NCBI GenBank assembly: GCA_010909165.1
Contig: MU008166.1
Location: forward strand, 248,001 to 312,000
Direction: 5' to 3'
DNA from: Anthoceros angustus
Taxonomy: Eukaryota; Plantae; Anthocerotophyta
DNA: 64,000 nt
In this document: piece by piece, positions 39,390-51,799 of the stretch
Numbering within the stretch: position 1 is the first letter of the stretch
Layout: every line of letters begins with the position of its first letter
Translations under genes and position numbers: made by a program
Notes under the pieces: generated by a model
Told to the model about the DNA's origin: nothing
What the model saw: the letters and a program-made list of their open reading frames with translations, nothing else
The model's database searches: none

Positions 39390-40580
39390 GTCCAGCGGCG
39401 GGAAGTGACAAGGAGTATCTGCAGCGAATCCAGCAGACTGAAGACGGCGCCGCGCCTGAATCTCGGAGTGTGACCGTGGTCGGAGACCAGAGCGGACGCC
39501 GGACGGTCACAAGGCGCGGTGTCACAGCGGAGTCGCGAAGGTACCAGCGCGACAAGCGCGCTCAGAAGAACGGCCGAATTGGGTTGAGTGGCAGGCCCGG
39601 GAGGATGCGGGCGGATCGAAGCGCAGGCCGGGAGGCCGTATCTTGGGCGTGCACCCAAGGCTACGGTGGTGGAAGGAGCAGACGGGAGCGAAGGTCTGGT
39701 GGAGAACGCCCAAGATGCAGTGTGGCGGAGCAAGTAAGCGGGCGCGTAGAATTCGCCCAACAATGGTGGGGAGTAATCGGGCTGCGCCCCGGAGAAGGTC
39801 AAGGGCAGCTTAGGAATCGTGCGGAAGAAGGCGAGAAGAGCACGTGAGTCGGATAGGGCTGTGAAGTGGTGGTGAACAATGCAGGATTGGAGGAAAAGGG
39901 GAGTGCACGAACTGGTGGCACGCACCCTGGAGAAGCTACGGATAGGGCCGAGACGGCGCAACAGAGTCAACACCTAACGTGGCGGATACACCCTCCGTGC
40001 CTTACACAACCCGAGGTGGGTCAGGAATCCGAGCCGAGCGACATGTTGGCAGTCAGAGGATAAGAATGGGGTTTCTATTCCAAGGTGGTGCCCAGGGTGC
40101 TGAAGCCGGAACACAGGAAACGAGCTGGGAGATTATGACTCCGGGTTGAATAAATTCAGGGCTTGAGGGTGGTCTGTCGTGCTTTCCAAGTTGTCCTAAG
40201 GACAGAGAGGTACCAAGCCGAGGGACAAGACCACGAGTTAACCTTGCTGAATGAGGGAAATTGCAGGATTCCAGTCGGAGTAAATTCAGTCAGGACACTC
40301 CTGCCACCGTGAGGTTGGGTACGGGGAGCCGAGCAGCAGTTATTCCATAGGGAGATCCTCCAGTCAAGCAACCAGGCTAAGCGGAAATTCCGGTGGAAGC
40401 TGTATGGCTCTAAGAAGACCACAGGGCCATTATTATTACATCCCAAAGGCCCAACATGGGCCAACTGGAGATGACGAGGTCTCACGGTGGCTAGGCACCA
40501 CCTGTCTTTCATGGACAAGAAGTGGTGCTACAACAACCCGGCGCTGGTTCAAGAGTGTGCAGGGCACATGAGGGAGAAGG
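39390..40580 (-). mobile_element. Heavily decayed Ty3/gypsy pol remnant (RNase H to integrase)
   Basis: Patchy motifs in the expected order: APLL...PVVF (RNase H), DWR.SL, RLTR(W)SL, PGHHLG (integrase zinc finger), LVSDHG..RF...FSL (integrase core). No continuous frame. Confidence 0.45.
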
Positions 40581-40585
40581 CCACA

Positions 40586-42532
40586 TTATTCAATAAAAGA
40601 CATTTTCTTCCGCTTGTCAGACATTGTGTTATGGTCGGTTGCAAGAACTCTCATCTCAGGCACCGTAAGCCCACAGTATACATGCGCTTCAACATATTGA
40701 AAGCAGGACTTCCGGAGCAATATCGCCAAGTGCTTCATAGCAAGATATGTGTGGTTCCCCAAGTACACCCATAATATATTTCTTGGCCCGAATTTCGCCA
40801 TTAACTTGCTAATATCACCCGGGGTCAATCATGCATGAATGGCGTAACCCTTCTTCAATCCTTCCTTGAAATAACTCGGCTAGGTAGTTTGACCATGCCT
40901 CGTCCACCCTCGATTTGGGCATCCGGTGTAATAAAAGATCGGCTTCAAATTCTCAAGCTTTACCGATCGTCTAACAACTTTCTTTGCATAGGCGAGTCAC
41001 GATTATTGTCAATGGGTCGATTCCGGATGGCATCTTCAAGTCTTTCCTCATCATCCGCACATGGGCGATCGCTATGTTATCTGGTGGGCTTCACTCACGC
41101 TTTCCTTCCTGGATTTCTTCTTTCTCTTCCCCCGGTGGAGCCTCGCTATGTGTGGTATGCCCTGTGGCGTGCCCACCATGCCTTGCTCTCCCACTCGAGT
41201 CCCTGTCTCCATACTCTCGGATCGGCGGACACGGAGGTGCCTCAATAGAAGCTCGCCGCCACCACCTTTCGGCCACCGTCTCTTCCGCAACAATTGCAAG
41301 GGCGTGCAATCGGGCGCCGGCCGGCCGGCCCAACCCTTCAGTGCCTTGGGAACCCCGAGCGGTTGGGGTCGGTGTGCAGTCTCGGCCTCTCGCGGGAGGG
41401 CGGCCGGCGGCGCCTCACCCTCGCGGATACCGACCAGGGTACCTCCATGGAGGAGCCGGAAAAGGAATGTCCAGAACGGAGCATCCTTCCATCCTCTGCC
41501 TCCACGAAAGTCGTCATCGTCGGAGTGGCCAAGGGCGTCGGGTATACACCCATCCTCCTCATCGGATGGGCCGAGCTCACTAGCCGCGCTCGGCGTGAGC
41601 CCATCATGCACATTACATGGCTCGGCTCGTCGTTGTGACATTTCCCTCCTATGCTGGATGACGGATTCGGTAATCTTCCCGCATATGGTCGTAATTAGTG
41701 CTCTAGCTTGCTGAGCATCCTGCAAAACAGAAAAAGGATTGAGGAAAGGCAAGACAGAAGGCACAAGTCATGGAAACCAACATACAACGATTTGCATCAA
41801 CTGCCTTGAAAACCTTATTCCAAATTTTTACTTACTATCGACGATAGCATTTCAATCCTCCACGAGTTTGAAGGATCACTTCTTGCTTTGGAAGCCATGT
41901 AGGTGACCTCATAAGCCTTGTACATGGTTTCATCTTCGCTTATCCGATCAAATACCAAAGGCTTTGTTGTACGGCATAAAACCAGCTCTCGTCCATCCAT
42001 ATCCACGCCGCCATAGAACCCCTTGCCTTGCTCTGGTTTTGGCAAGGCCCCTTGAACCCTCGACCCGGTTTCAATAGAGGAGTCCAAAATTGTTCTCCTC
42101 AAGGCTCCTCATCCTGTGTCAACATCCGGTCCTTCTCGGCGAGCAGTGGCCTCCACCTTGCTCCCCAACCGATGTAGTATCCTCATAGTTAAATGGCGTT
42201 GGAATAGGCGCGATTGCACTGGGGTCTCTTCCTCGGTCTCCTCCACTGACCTTCTCCTTCGTTGTGCTGGCCTTCCCAGATGTTAGGCTGCCCGATTTCC
42301 CATGCCCAATTGACAAATTACCTCCAGGGCTGGTGCTTGATGGCCTGGGTTGTATCTGCGCCCCTCCACCGGAGGTAGGCCGCGTGCCTTCTCCAACATC
42401 CACACCCGAAATTCCGCCTGCCGCATCCTTCTTCTTGCTGCTGGGCCGGGATTTCTTGGTTTTGGGCATCGGGTCAGGATGGTCTGCCTCTGGTTCTCCA
42501 CGTTCCTTCCTACTTCGTCTTCCGCTTGCCAT
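40586..42532 (-). pseudogene. Spliced TE accessory gene with C-terminal ParB/Srx-like domain; frameshifted and apparently truncated at the gypsy junction
   Basis: ATG at 42532 (MASGRRSRKER). Phase-0 intron 41835-41720 (GTAAGT..TTTTGCAG). Reconstructed IRNRPIDNNR..MQRKLL..NLKPIF..ILWVYLGNHTYLAMKHL..VYCGLTVPEMRVLATDHNTMSDKRKKMSFIE. Confidence 0.6.
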
Positions 42533-45500
42533 CCTGAAGAGATTAGATACAATCTGCCATAGGAAGCCGCAATTCAAAGAAGGAATCAGCGTCGCACAAC
42601 TTGAAGGAAATTTGCAGAACAGGAAGGGGAGGGCCATCTAAGACTATGTGAATCGCGAAGAGGAAATGGCGGAGGATCGCGCGTGGAGAAGTCGCGTCTT
42701 TGGGAGAGGCAAAAGTCCTTCGCCGAGAGTTGAGCCGGCGAGGCGCCACCGTCCGTCTGGCTGGAAGAACTTGCTCGCTCTCTCGGGTTACTCTCCACTT
42801 GACGAAAGTATGGCCCGTTCGGTCACGTCATACACATGTCCAACCCTAACCATAAATGTCAATTAAGGTAATGCTTACATGGAAAACCATTTATAGGACC
42901 CTAAGTCAAAAGCCGTACATATGAACCCCAATGCAGAAAACAATGAAGAGTGTGCAGCCGCCAAGATCTACGGTGAAGATCTTTCGGTTTATTTGCTCAT
43001 AATGGCATTTCCACCTTACCTTGATCCACGATGCCTATGTCATGGCATACCACGCTCGTGAAGAGTGAGGACCATATTTCCAGAGGTTAGAGGTGCGGAG
43101 TCCTCGTGGCGACAATGTTGCGCGCCACACACACATCAGTTGTCGAAGAGGTCAGAGTTTTTCGTCCACAAAGTTCATTCCGCACTTCGTTTGTGCGATC
43201 AAGGGGGAACATGTACTTGAGAACAAGTGTTGGGTTTGCATCAGTCTCACCGTCTCTGTTCAGTCCATGTAATGACCTGACATTGATGTTGTCGCAGCAG
43301 GAACAGTGTGAGGAAGAGGGGTCTTTTGATTTCCAGATGGTAGGAGACTCTCTTGTGAGGAGCCGAAGGATGGCTGTACTGAATGGGGCCCCCGCGGCCC
43401 TTCCCGATCATGAGCAACGAAAACGAGTCCGAACTCCAGAAGGTTAGTTTGCCTTCAACAAGAAAGCGACTTGTTTGCGGTGAAGACAATGTTGTGGCGA
43501 ATAGTCCACCCCATCCGTGGCGGATTCCATCTCATGCACACCGCAGAAGTGGTATTGCGGTAATGCTCGTCGCCATCGCCGGAGTGGCCAGGGACGTGTA
43601 CACCCATCCTCCTCATCGGATGGGCCGAGCTCACTAGCGCATCGGCCGGCGTGAGCCCATCATGCACATTCTCGTCAAGCCGGGCTCGACTCGTTGTGAC
43701 ATTTCCTCCTATCTTTGGATGACGGATTCGGTAATCTTCCCGATATATGGTCGTAATTAGTGCTCTAGCTTGCCGAGCATCCTGCAAAACAGAAAAAGGA
43801 TTGAGGAAAGGCAAGACAGAAGGCACAAGTCATAGAAACCAACATACCACGATTTGCATCAATTGACTTGAAAACCTTATTCCAAAGTTTTACTTACTAT
43901 CGACGATAGCATTTCAAATCCTCCACCAGTTTGAAGGATCACTTGCTTTGGAAGCCATGTAGGTGACCTCATAAGCCTTGTACATGGTTTCATCTTCGCT
44001 TATCCGATCAAATACCAAAGGCTTTGTTGTGCACGATCAAACATGTGCTCGTCCATCCATATCCACGCCGCCATAGAACCCAGCCCCTTGCTCTCGGTTT
44101 GGCAAGGCCCCTTGAACCCTACGACATTCAATAGAGGAGTCCAAAATTGTTCTCCTCAAGGCTCCTCATCCCGTGTCAACATCCGTCCTTCTCGACAGTG
44201 GCCTCCACCTTGCTCCCCAACCGACGATGGCAACAGATCCTCATAGTTAAATGGCGTTGGAATAGGCGCTGCACTTGTGGGGTCTCTTCCTCCTCCTCGC
44301 AGCCTTCTCCTTAGCCGGCCTTCCGGATGTTAGGCTGCCCGATTTCCCATGCCCAATTGACAAATTACCTGTGGTGCTTGATGGCTGGTTGTATCGCGCC
44401 TCCACCGGAGGTAGGCCGCGTTTTCTCCGACATCCACACGAAATTCCGCCGCATCCTTCTTCGCCGGCCGGGATTTCTTGGTTTTGGGCATCGGGTCGAT
44501 GTTCTCGCCTCGTTCTCCACGTTCCTTCCTACTTGCCTTCCGCTTGCCATCCTCAAGAGATTAGATACAATCGCCATAGGAAGCCAATGAATTCAAAGAA
44601 GGAATCCGCACAACTTGAAGGAAATTTGCGAGCAGGAAGGGGAGGGCCATACCAAGACTATGTGAATCGCGCGAAGAGGAAATGGCGGAGGATCGCAGCG
44701 TGGAGAAGTCGCCGGGAGACGGCCAAAAGTCCTTCGCCGAGAGTGGCCGAGGCGGCCGCCACCGCTCCGTCTGGCTGGAAGAACTTGCTCGCCTCTCGTG
44801 GTTACTCTCCACTGAATCGAAAGTATGACGCCTGCTCGGTCACGCCATACACATGTGCAACCCTAACCATAAATGTCAATTAAGGTAATGCTTACATGGA
44901 AAACCATTTATAGGACCCTAAGTCAAAAGCCGTATATGTGAACCCCAATGCAGAAAACAATGAAGAGGCGGTGTGCCTCGACCGCCAAGATCTACGGTGA
45001 AGATCTTTCGGTTTATTTGCTCATAATGGCATTTCCACCTTACCTTGATCCACGATGCCTATGTCATGGCATACCACGCTCGTGAAGAGTGAGGACCATA
45101 TTTCCAGAGGTTAGAGGTGCGGAGTCCTCGGGCGACAATGTTGCGCCACACACATCGGTTGTCGAAGAGGTCGAGTTTTTCGTCCACAAAGTTCATTCCG
45201 CACTTCGTTTGTGCGATCAAGGGGAACATGTACTTGAGAACAAGTGTTGGGTTTGCATCGGTCTCCGTCTCTGTTGATCCATGTAATGACGACATTGATG
45301 TTGTCGCCGAGCAGTGTGAGGAAGAGGGGTCTTTTGATTTCCAGATGGTAGGAGACTCTCTTGTGAGGAGCCGAAGGATGGCTGTACTGAATGGGGCCCC
45401 CGCGGCCCTTCCCGATCATGAGCAACGAAAACGAGTCCGAACTCCAGAAGGTTAGTTTGCCTTCAACAAGAAACAGCTTGTTTGCGGTGAAGACAATGTT

Positions 45501-45580
45501 GTGGCCGAATAGTCCACCCCATCCGTGGCGGATTCCATCTCATGCACACCGCACGAAGTGGTATTGCAGGTAATGCTCGT
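41515..45580. repeat. ~2.06-kb direct tandem duplication (41515-43575 and 43577-45580)
   Basis: cggagtggcca..acacccatcctcctcatcggatgggccgagctcactag occurs at 41520 and 43580, and the copies are collinear throughout. They differ by dense 1-6 bp indels. Confidence 0.9.
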
Positions 45581-48500
45581 CGCCGTCGACAAGCGTCCTC
45601 TCCCGGCATTCCGCGTGGGGTGCCCATGACCCCGTGAACTTGAACTTATATCGCCATTGATGGGAATCACGCATCCGGCGAAGACACGGAAGGAAGGGAG
45701 ATGGGGTGCGAGAATCCCCTCGTGGTTTGTTCCGCCAAGGAGCGATGTCGAGGATGACCGCAGGATCGAGTTCTTCCCACAAGCAAATGATCCGTGGGCG
45801 AGGATGACCGCAGGATCGAGTTCTTCCCACAAGCAAATGATCCGTGGATCGAGGATGGGGATGATGACTTTGTTCACCCTCCTCCGGCTGGTGCATCTGG
45901 AACATTCCATCCCAAGCCTTTAATTGAGACATTGATGACAACAAAGCTTCATGGCGGACAAGCGGACGGCAGCGGGGTGTCTTTGCAAAAATGTGAACTG
46001 GAGAAGGTGACGGCAGACTTTCTTAAACCGTGTTGCAACCAAATGTGCATGCAGAGGTTGACCAAGCAAGGCCTTGAGCAACGATATAGGTTCCTCACAA
46101 TGTGCGAGCAAGAGCGAGACATTTCTTCAAAGCCTCGTACATCGGGACCCGAGTCAAACTAACAAAGAAAGAGTTTTACGCATGTTATGGGATCGGTTCC
46201 TCTGCTGCGTGAAGGCCTTGAGAGTATATTGTATGGGGCACAGATCGAGGAAGGCGAAAGGGAGGGTCATGAGGAATGCCCGTGGGATAGTGTTCGAACC
46301 AACCCAATTCATAAGTCCCGTCATGCACTTGGTGCTCTAGCGTGGATGGATAATGCTTTTGTTCATGGTGAAAAGACTTAGACGTGCGGTGTATAACCTG
46401 CCTGACACCTATACAAAGCTGGAGATATGGTCATTGTACAAACGGCAGTGTCAAAGCTCGTGCAGGTTTGACGTGCGTGGTTTTGAAGTTATGGAAATCT
46501 AACTTCACCGAGTGAAGATTCCCAAATCCAACAGTTCTCGACCGCTCAATATGTCAGGTTAAAGACCACCATTCGAATACAACTCGGAAGGTTGATCAAG
46601 GTAGATATCACTCTACCACTAGTACAACCCATCTGGTGGGAGGAGTTTTCGTTCATCCCATAGTTCGCCGAATGAGCGGTGGTATGCGGATGGTTCAAAA
46701 CTGAGTGTCGGAGGGTGGGCGCCCGCCGCGCCCACCCTCGGATGACCGTTGAAGTTGCTGAGTACCATGTTTGAAACTCGCAGTCCTTGTTCATGGATGG
46801 ACAGGTTGTAGGTTTGATTGGTCGAGTTTGTAGGGGCCAGGCCCCGGGGGCGCCGGCCTGCCGGCGCCCCCTGGGCCCCATCCACCTTCAAACTCGCCAA
46901 CCATAATATATGACCTAGAAGGTGGACGTTTTGTAGATTTTAGATTGGGGAAGATGGTAAATGTATGTGTGAAGAGGTGATAGTCCACGACATCGGTTTG
47001 TTGTATGCAATGGGTTTCATGGATTCTGTCTTCGCTTGTGGTTTGGAAGAAGCGTGTTTGTATGTGTGAAATTGGGAACGTGAAAACTTGGAAGGATGTG
47101 ACACTTGGAGCGTGTTTGGGCGTGGCGAGAAAAATATCGGCGTTAGAGGCACACACGCGTCTCGAGGAGCGGGAAAAATGGCAAAACACCGTGAAAAGAG
47201 TTCTGTGGAACCGGATAAGTACATGCTCCTCGCTATAGACGGAATGGACCGGAAGACCGAGATTCCACACTTTCGCGTTGGCCAAAGAATCTTGATGAGG
47301 ACCGTGTATCTGCGTAGTGGGTTGCATGATCCACAATTATACGACGCAGCAAGAGTGTTTTTGCACTATGCCAATTTGAGGAACGATCACGAATCGACAA
47401 TCGGATTATTCAAGATGTTATTCTTAATTATAAAGGAGTGCTACCCAAAGTGCTCTATTTGCAGCTTGACAACACTTGCCGGAAAACAAGAACCAGCTGT
47501 TGTTTGCGTGTTGAACATGCTAGTTGATATGGGAACTTTTCAAGGTGAAGGTTGGGTTCCTCCTTGTTGGGCACACTCACGACCAAATCGACCAAATGTT
47601 CTCTTGCTTTTCCAAAAGCTTGAAGCACAAGGAGGCACACACTCTTCCGCGTTGGCCGACATCTTGGTTCATGCATACACGCCACACCGGAGATCAAAGT
47701 TTTGCGGAGGTCCGGACTTCGGTCATATGTATGGCCGATTAGACAAGGCGATGGTCGCGCATATTCATCGGCGGTGAGAAAATTGAACAACTTATCTTTC
47801 CAGCCAGTTTAAAATCACCAGAGAAGACAAACCTGTGGTGGTGATGATTAGGAGCAAGCAATATTCGACATCGATGTATTGGGAAACCGAAGCCGGGTTG
47901 GAGTTTTTGAAATTTGTCCCCTCCAACGACATAACAGCTGCACGGCTGTCGGCCCTCCGGGCTCGAGACAAGAAAGGGACGTCGGCAGGGTTATCTCCGA
48001 CGGAAGGAGTGGCACATTTGAGAGCGGGTCTGTCGGAGCTGCGGCCATATGTGACTGGGACAGAATATGGATGGTGGGAAGCATTCTGGGTGGACCAAGA
48101 AGAAATCGCAATAATCGTGGAGAACAACATTGGGCTCGCACTAGAAGTGCCGTGGAAATGGTTCTCTCGGGCAGAATCGGAAGAAAGCAGACAACCACTC
48201 CAAGTTCCCGATGAAGCTATCCTAGAGGAGGCGTTGCTAAGAGAACTCCCCAACGGATATGTACTTGGGGCCTTACCGGCTTGGAAGGCGGCAGAAATGG
48301 CACGCTTGCATGGAGATGTAAAAGACATAAAGGAAGGATGTTCATCGCAGACCTTGTACCGATACGCATAATCGGCCTTCGGATTGGGAAAGTTAATCGG
48401 TGAGGTTGGATGTGGAAGAGCCTCATTTCGTTCACACAATGCGAGCACAGATGCATATGAAGGCAGATACGTGGAAGAATATGTGATTCCAGACCCATCC

Positions 48501-49790
48501 ACTGAGACAATGGGATTGGAAGGAAAAAGGGTGGGAAGGCAAATTTCGAAGAATGTTCAAGAAGTCTTCATCAATAAAACGTCATCTTGTATTATGGGTT
48601 CGGTTTGAATTCCGTAAACATCTCTATTCCATTGACAAAAAGCGATCGAGGATAAGTTGAATGAATTGCGGGCTTCATCGAGCCACCAAAGTGCACCGAG
48701 ATAGTGACGAAGACGGTGAGGACATCGGGCCCTTGGACATGGAAGGTGTCAATTCGGGAGATGAGTGAAAAGATGTATGAAGTGGAGGCAAACATCGGTG
48801 GACATCGGTGACAAGAGGGTTTACTCTCTCGGTCAAGTGTCACCGCCAAGTGTTAGGCTCAAAGTGGGAGCTCGCGTTAGTGATAGGGAATCACTGTTGG
48901 TGCTATCATTCGGTGATCGGAAGTTGAAGAAGTTGGAGTCACTTCCCACGTGTAGGTTGCGGTCGGCGACATGGACAAATGGCGGCGGTGGGCGGCGCCA
49001 CCCATTTTTCACCATCCTCTAGTAGCATGGAAACCGTTTTCGCATCCGTATTGTACATTTTGTTAAATCGATATAACCCATCCGTGACGCATGCCTAAAT
49101 CCTAAATCGTGGAAACCGATAGTTGAAGGCGCCGCCCACCGCTCGAGCCCCTTCTTGCCAAAAACAAAAGACTATGGGTTCGGGGACGGTTCGGAAAGAA
49201 GCACCATTCTTTACCAATGATGACGAAGACGGTGAGGACATCGGGCCCTTGGACATGGAAGGTGTCAATTCGGGAGATGAGTGAAAAGATGGGGAGGCAA
49301 ACATCGGTGGACATCGGTAGACAAGAGGGTTTACTCTCGACCGTCAAGTGTCCGACCGCCAAGTGTTAGGCTCAAAGTGGGAGCTCGCGTTAGTGATAGG
49401 GAATGACCGTTGGTGCTATCATTCGGTGATCGGAAGTTGAAGAAGTTGGAGTCACTTCGGCCGTAGGTTGCGGTCGGCGACATGGACAAATGGCGGGCGC
49501 GCCGTGGCCGCCCGCCATTTTTCACCATCCTTAGTAGCATGGAAACCGCTTTTCCGCACCCGCGTATTGTACATTTTGTTCGCATCAGATATAACCCATC
49601 CGACGCATGCCTAAATCCTACATCGTGGAAACCGATAGTTGAAGGCGCCGCCCACCGCTCGAGCCCCTTCTTGCCAAAAACAAAAGACTATGGGTTCGAC
49701 GGACGGTTCGGAAAGAAGCACCATTCTTTACCAATGATGACGTGAAGATTGCCCAATGTCTTCAAAAGACCTTGTTTATTTAGATGTGCC
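45130..49790 (+). mobile_element. Sola-like DD(D/E) transposase gene, frameshifted
   Basis: PCCNQMCMQRL, PDKYMLLAIDGMD (D at 47238), YLQLDNTCR(E)NKN (D at 47468), FLLVGHTHDQIDQMFS (D at 47590). This spacing resembles Sola1-type D..DN.xxxNKN..FL..GH..D. An acidic C-terminal region (HRDSDEDGEDIGPLDMEG) continues on the plus strand. Confidence 0.7.
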
Positions 49791-50915
49791 TCAACAACCC
49801 GTTCCTTTTAGTCCTTCCGGTACTTATGGTAAGCAAGCATGGGTCGATATGCCAAATTCGATGGCGAACTCGCTAACCCTTTGTGTGATGGAGACACCGC
49901 CCGGACGTCAATTTCATCCCTTATCGACCCTTATTTTCAGGCCTTTTTGGGCGATGTTGCCCAAAGAATGCGACCCATCCCAAACCCCTTCCGACGATAT
50001 TTGGATGAAAACCTCTTCATCAATAAAAGCATCATCTTGTATTATGGGTTCGGTTTGAATTCCGTAAACATCTCTATTCCATTGACAAAAAGCGATCGAG
50101 GATAAGTTGAATGAATTGCGGGCTTCATCGAGCCGTGACCGGCGAGAAAACGGTGAGGACATCGGGCCCTTGGACATGGAAGGTGTCGGGAGATGAGTGA
50201 AAAGATGTATGAAGTGGAGGCAAACATCGGTGGACATCGGTGAACAAGAGGGTTTACTACTCTACAGTGTCTTGACCGCCAAGTGTTAGGCTCAAAGTGG
50301 GAGCTCGCGTTAGTGATAGGGAATCAGTTGGTGCTATCATTCGGTGGGGAAGTTGAAGAAGTTGGAGTCACTTCCAGTAGTAGGTTGCGGCGACATGGAC
50401 AAATGGCGGCGGTGGGCGCGCCCGCCATTTTTCACCATCCTTAGTAGCATGGAAACCGTTTTCCGCACGATCTGCGTATTGTACATTTTGTTAGCTGTAT
50501 ATAACCCATCCGACGCATGCCTAAATCCTACAATTGAAACCCCTTAGGTAGGCCCGGCCACCACGGCTGACCTTCTTGCCAAAAACAAAAGACTATGGGT
50601 TTGAGATGACGGTTCGGAAAGAAGCACCATTCTTTACCAATGATGGTATGAAGATTGTGCAATGTCTTCAAAAGACCTTGTTTATTTAGGCCTCATCAAC
50701 CCGTTCCTTTTAGTCCTTAGGGTACTTATGGTAAGCAAGCATGGGTCGTATTATGCCAAATTCGATGGCGAACTCGCTAACCCTTTGTGTGATGGAGACA
50801 CGGGACGTCAATTTCATCCCTTATCGACCCTTATTTTCAGGCCTTTTTGGGCGATGTTGCCCAAAGCGTGATCGACCCATCCCAAACCCCTTCCGATATT
50901 TGGATGAAAACCTCT
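48540..50915. repeat. Irregular 2-3x tandem reiteration of the transposase 3' region
   Basis: gacggtgaggacatcgggcccttggacatggaaggtgtc recurs at ~48713, 49228 and 50150; cttcatcaataaaa at ~48567 and 50015; aaagaccttgtttattta at ~49765 and 50672. Confidence 0.88.
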
Positions 50916-51339
50916 CTTGTATATTAACCCCTTCCAAGATTAGCATGTTACCAAGAGAAAGATGCTGGAGCGTACTCGGCCCTCTTATACTACGGTTCGC
51001 GCCTTTATATACACCTCTATTCGAATGAGGGGGCCGCAGTGCGCCCTAATCGCTGCCTACTATTCTCCCTATTCCTTCTATCTCCGCCGCTTGGTGGTGG
51101 ATGGCCCCTCGATTCCATCTTTGGCACCGAGCCAAAGCCGAGCCTTGACGATCAGCGCCTAATCGGATGATCCATGAGGCGGGACCTACCTCTCCTCGAG
51201 GGTCAGCCAGCGCACCGGCGGCGGCACGACCATGGCCACCACTAAGTCCTCCTCCTCCTCTTATCTCTCTGGCGGGCCCTGCTAGCCCTCCAAAGATGGA
51301 TCTCGCTGGTCAGGATCGGTGGCTCTCCCCACTCCACTC

Positions 51340-51720
51340 GAGTCTCGACCTCGGGACCCCGCCTCGACCGAGTCCAGGACCTCTAGGTCCGGCCTTCCTC
51401 CGGGGTCCGGCCTTCCTCCGGGGTCCGGCCTTCCTCCGGGGTCCTCCGTCCGGCCTTCTTTCTAGAGTTGGGACCTGGGCCCGGACTTGCCTCGGGTCCG
51501 GGGTCCTCTGGGCCCAACCTTCCCTAGAGTCCTGACCTCGTCCGGTCTCACTAGTCCTGGACCTCTAGGTCCGGCCTTCCTCCGGGTCCTCCGGGGTCCT
51601 TCCTCCGTCCGGCTCACTAGAGTCCTGACCTGGGCCCGGACTTGCCTCGGGTCCTTCCTCCGGGGTCCTTCCTCCCTCCTCCCTCAGAGTCCTGACCTCG
51701 GTCCGGCTCACTAGAGTCTG
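51340..51720. repeat. GC-rich tandem array built on an 18-bp unit ggtccggccttcctccgg, plus larger ctagagtcctgacct units
   Basis: Three perfect consecutive units at 51387-51440, with further degenerate copies. Confidence 0.85.
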
Positions 51721-51799
51721 ACCTCAAAGTCCAGACTTCCTTCAGGGCCGGACTTGAGTTGATTTTCTCAGAGTCAGGACAAAGTCCCACCCACTCGGG

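Noticed and set aside
49914-50237. VWDGSH in a minus-strand ORF as a second ParB-like motif or third gene of the element
   Set aside because: The plus strand here reads as the acidic C-terminal continuation of the transposase; the minus ORFs look like antisense shadows and the motif lacks the rest of the ParB pattern.
50921-50940. TTAA-CCCCTT as a piggyBac terminus
   Set aside because: No partner end and no piggyBac transposase motifs.
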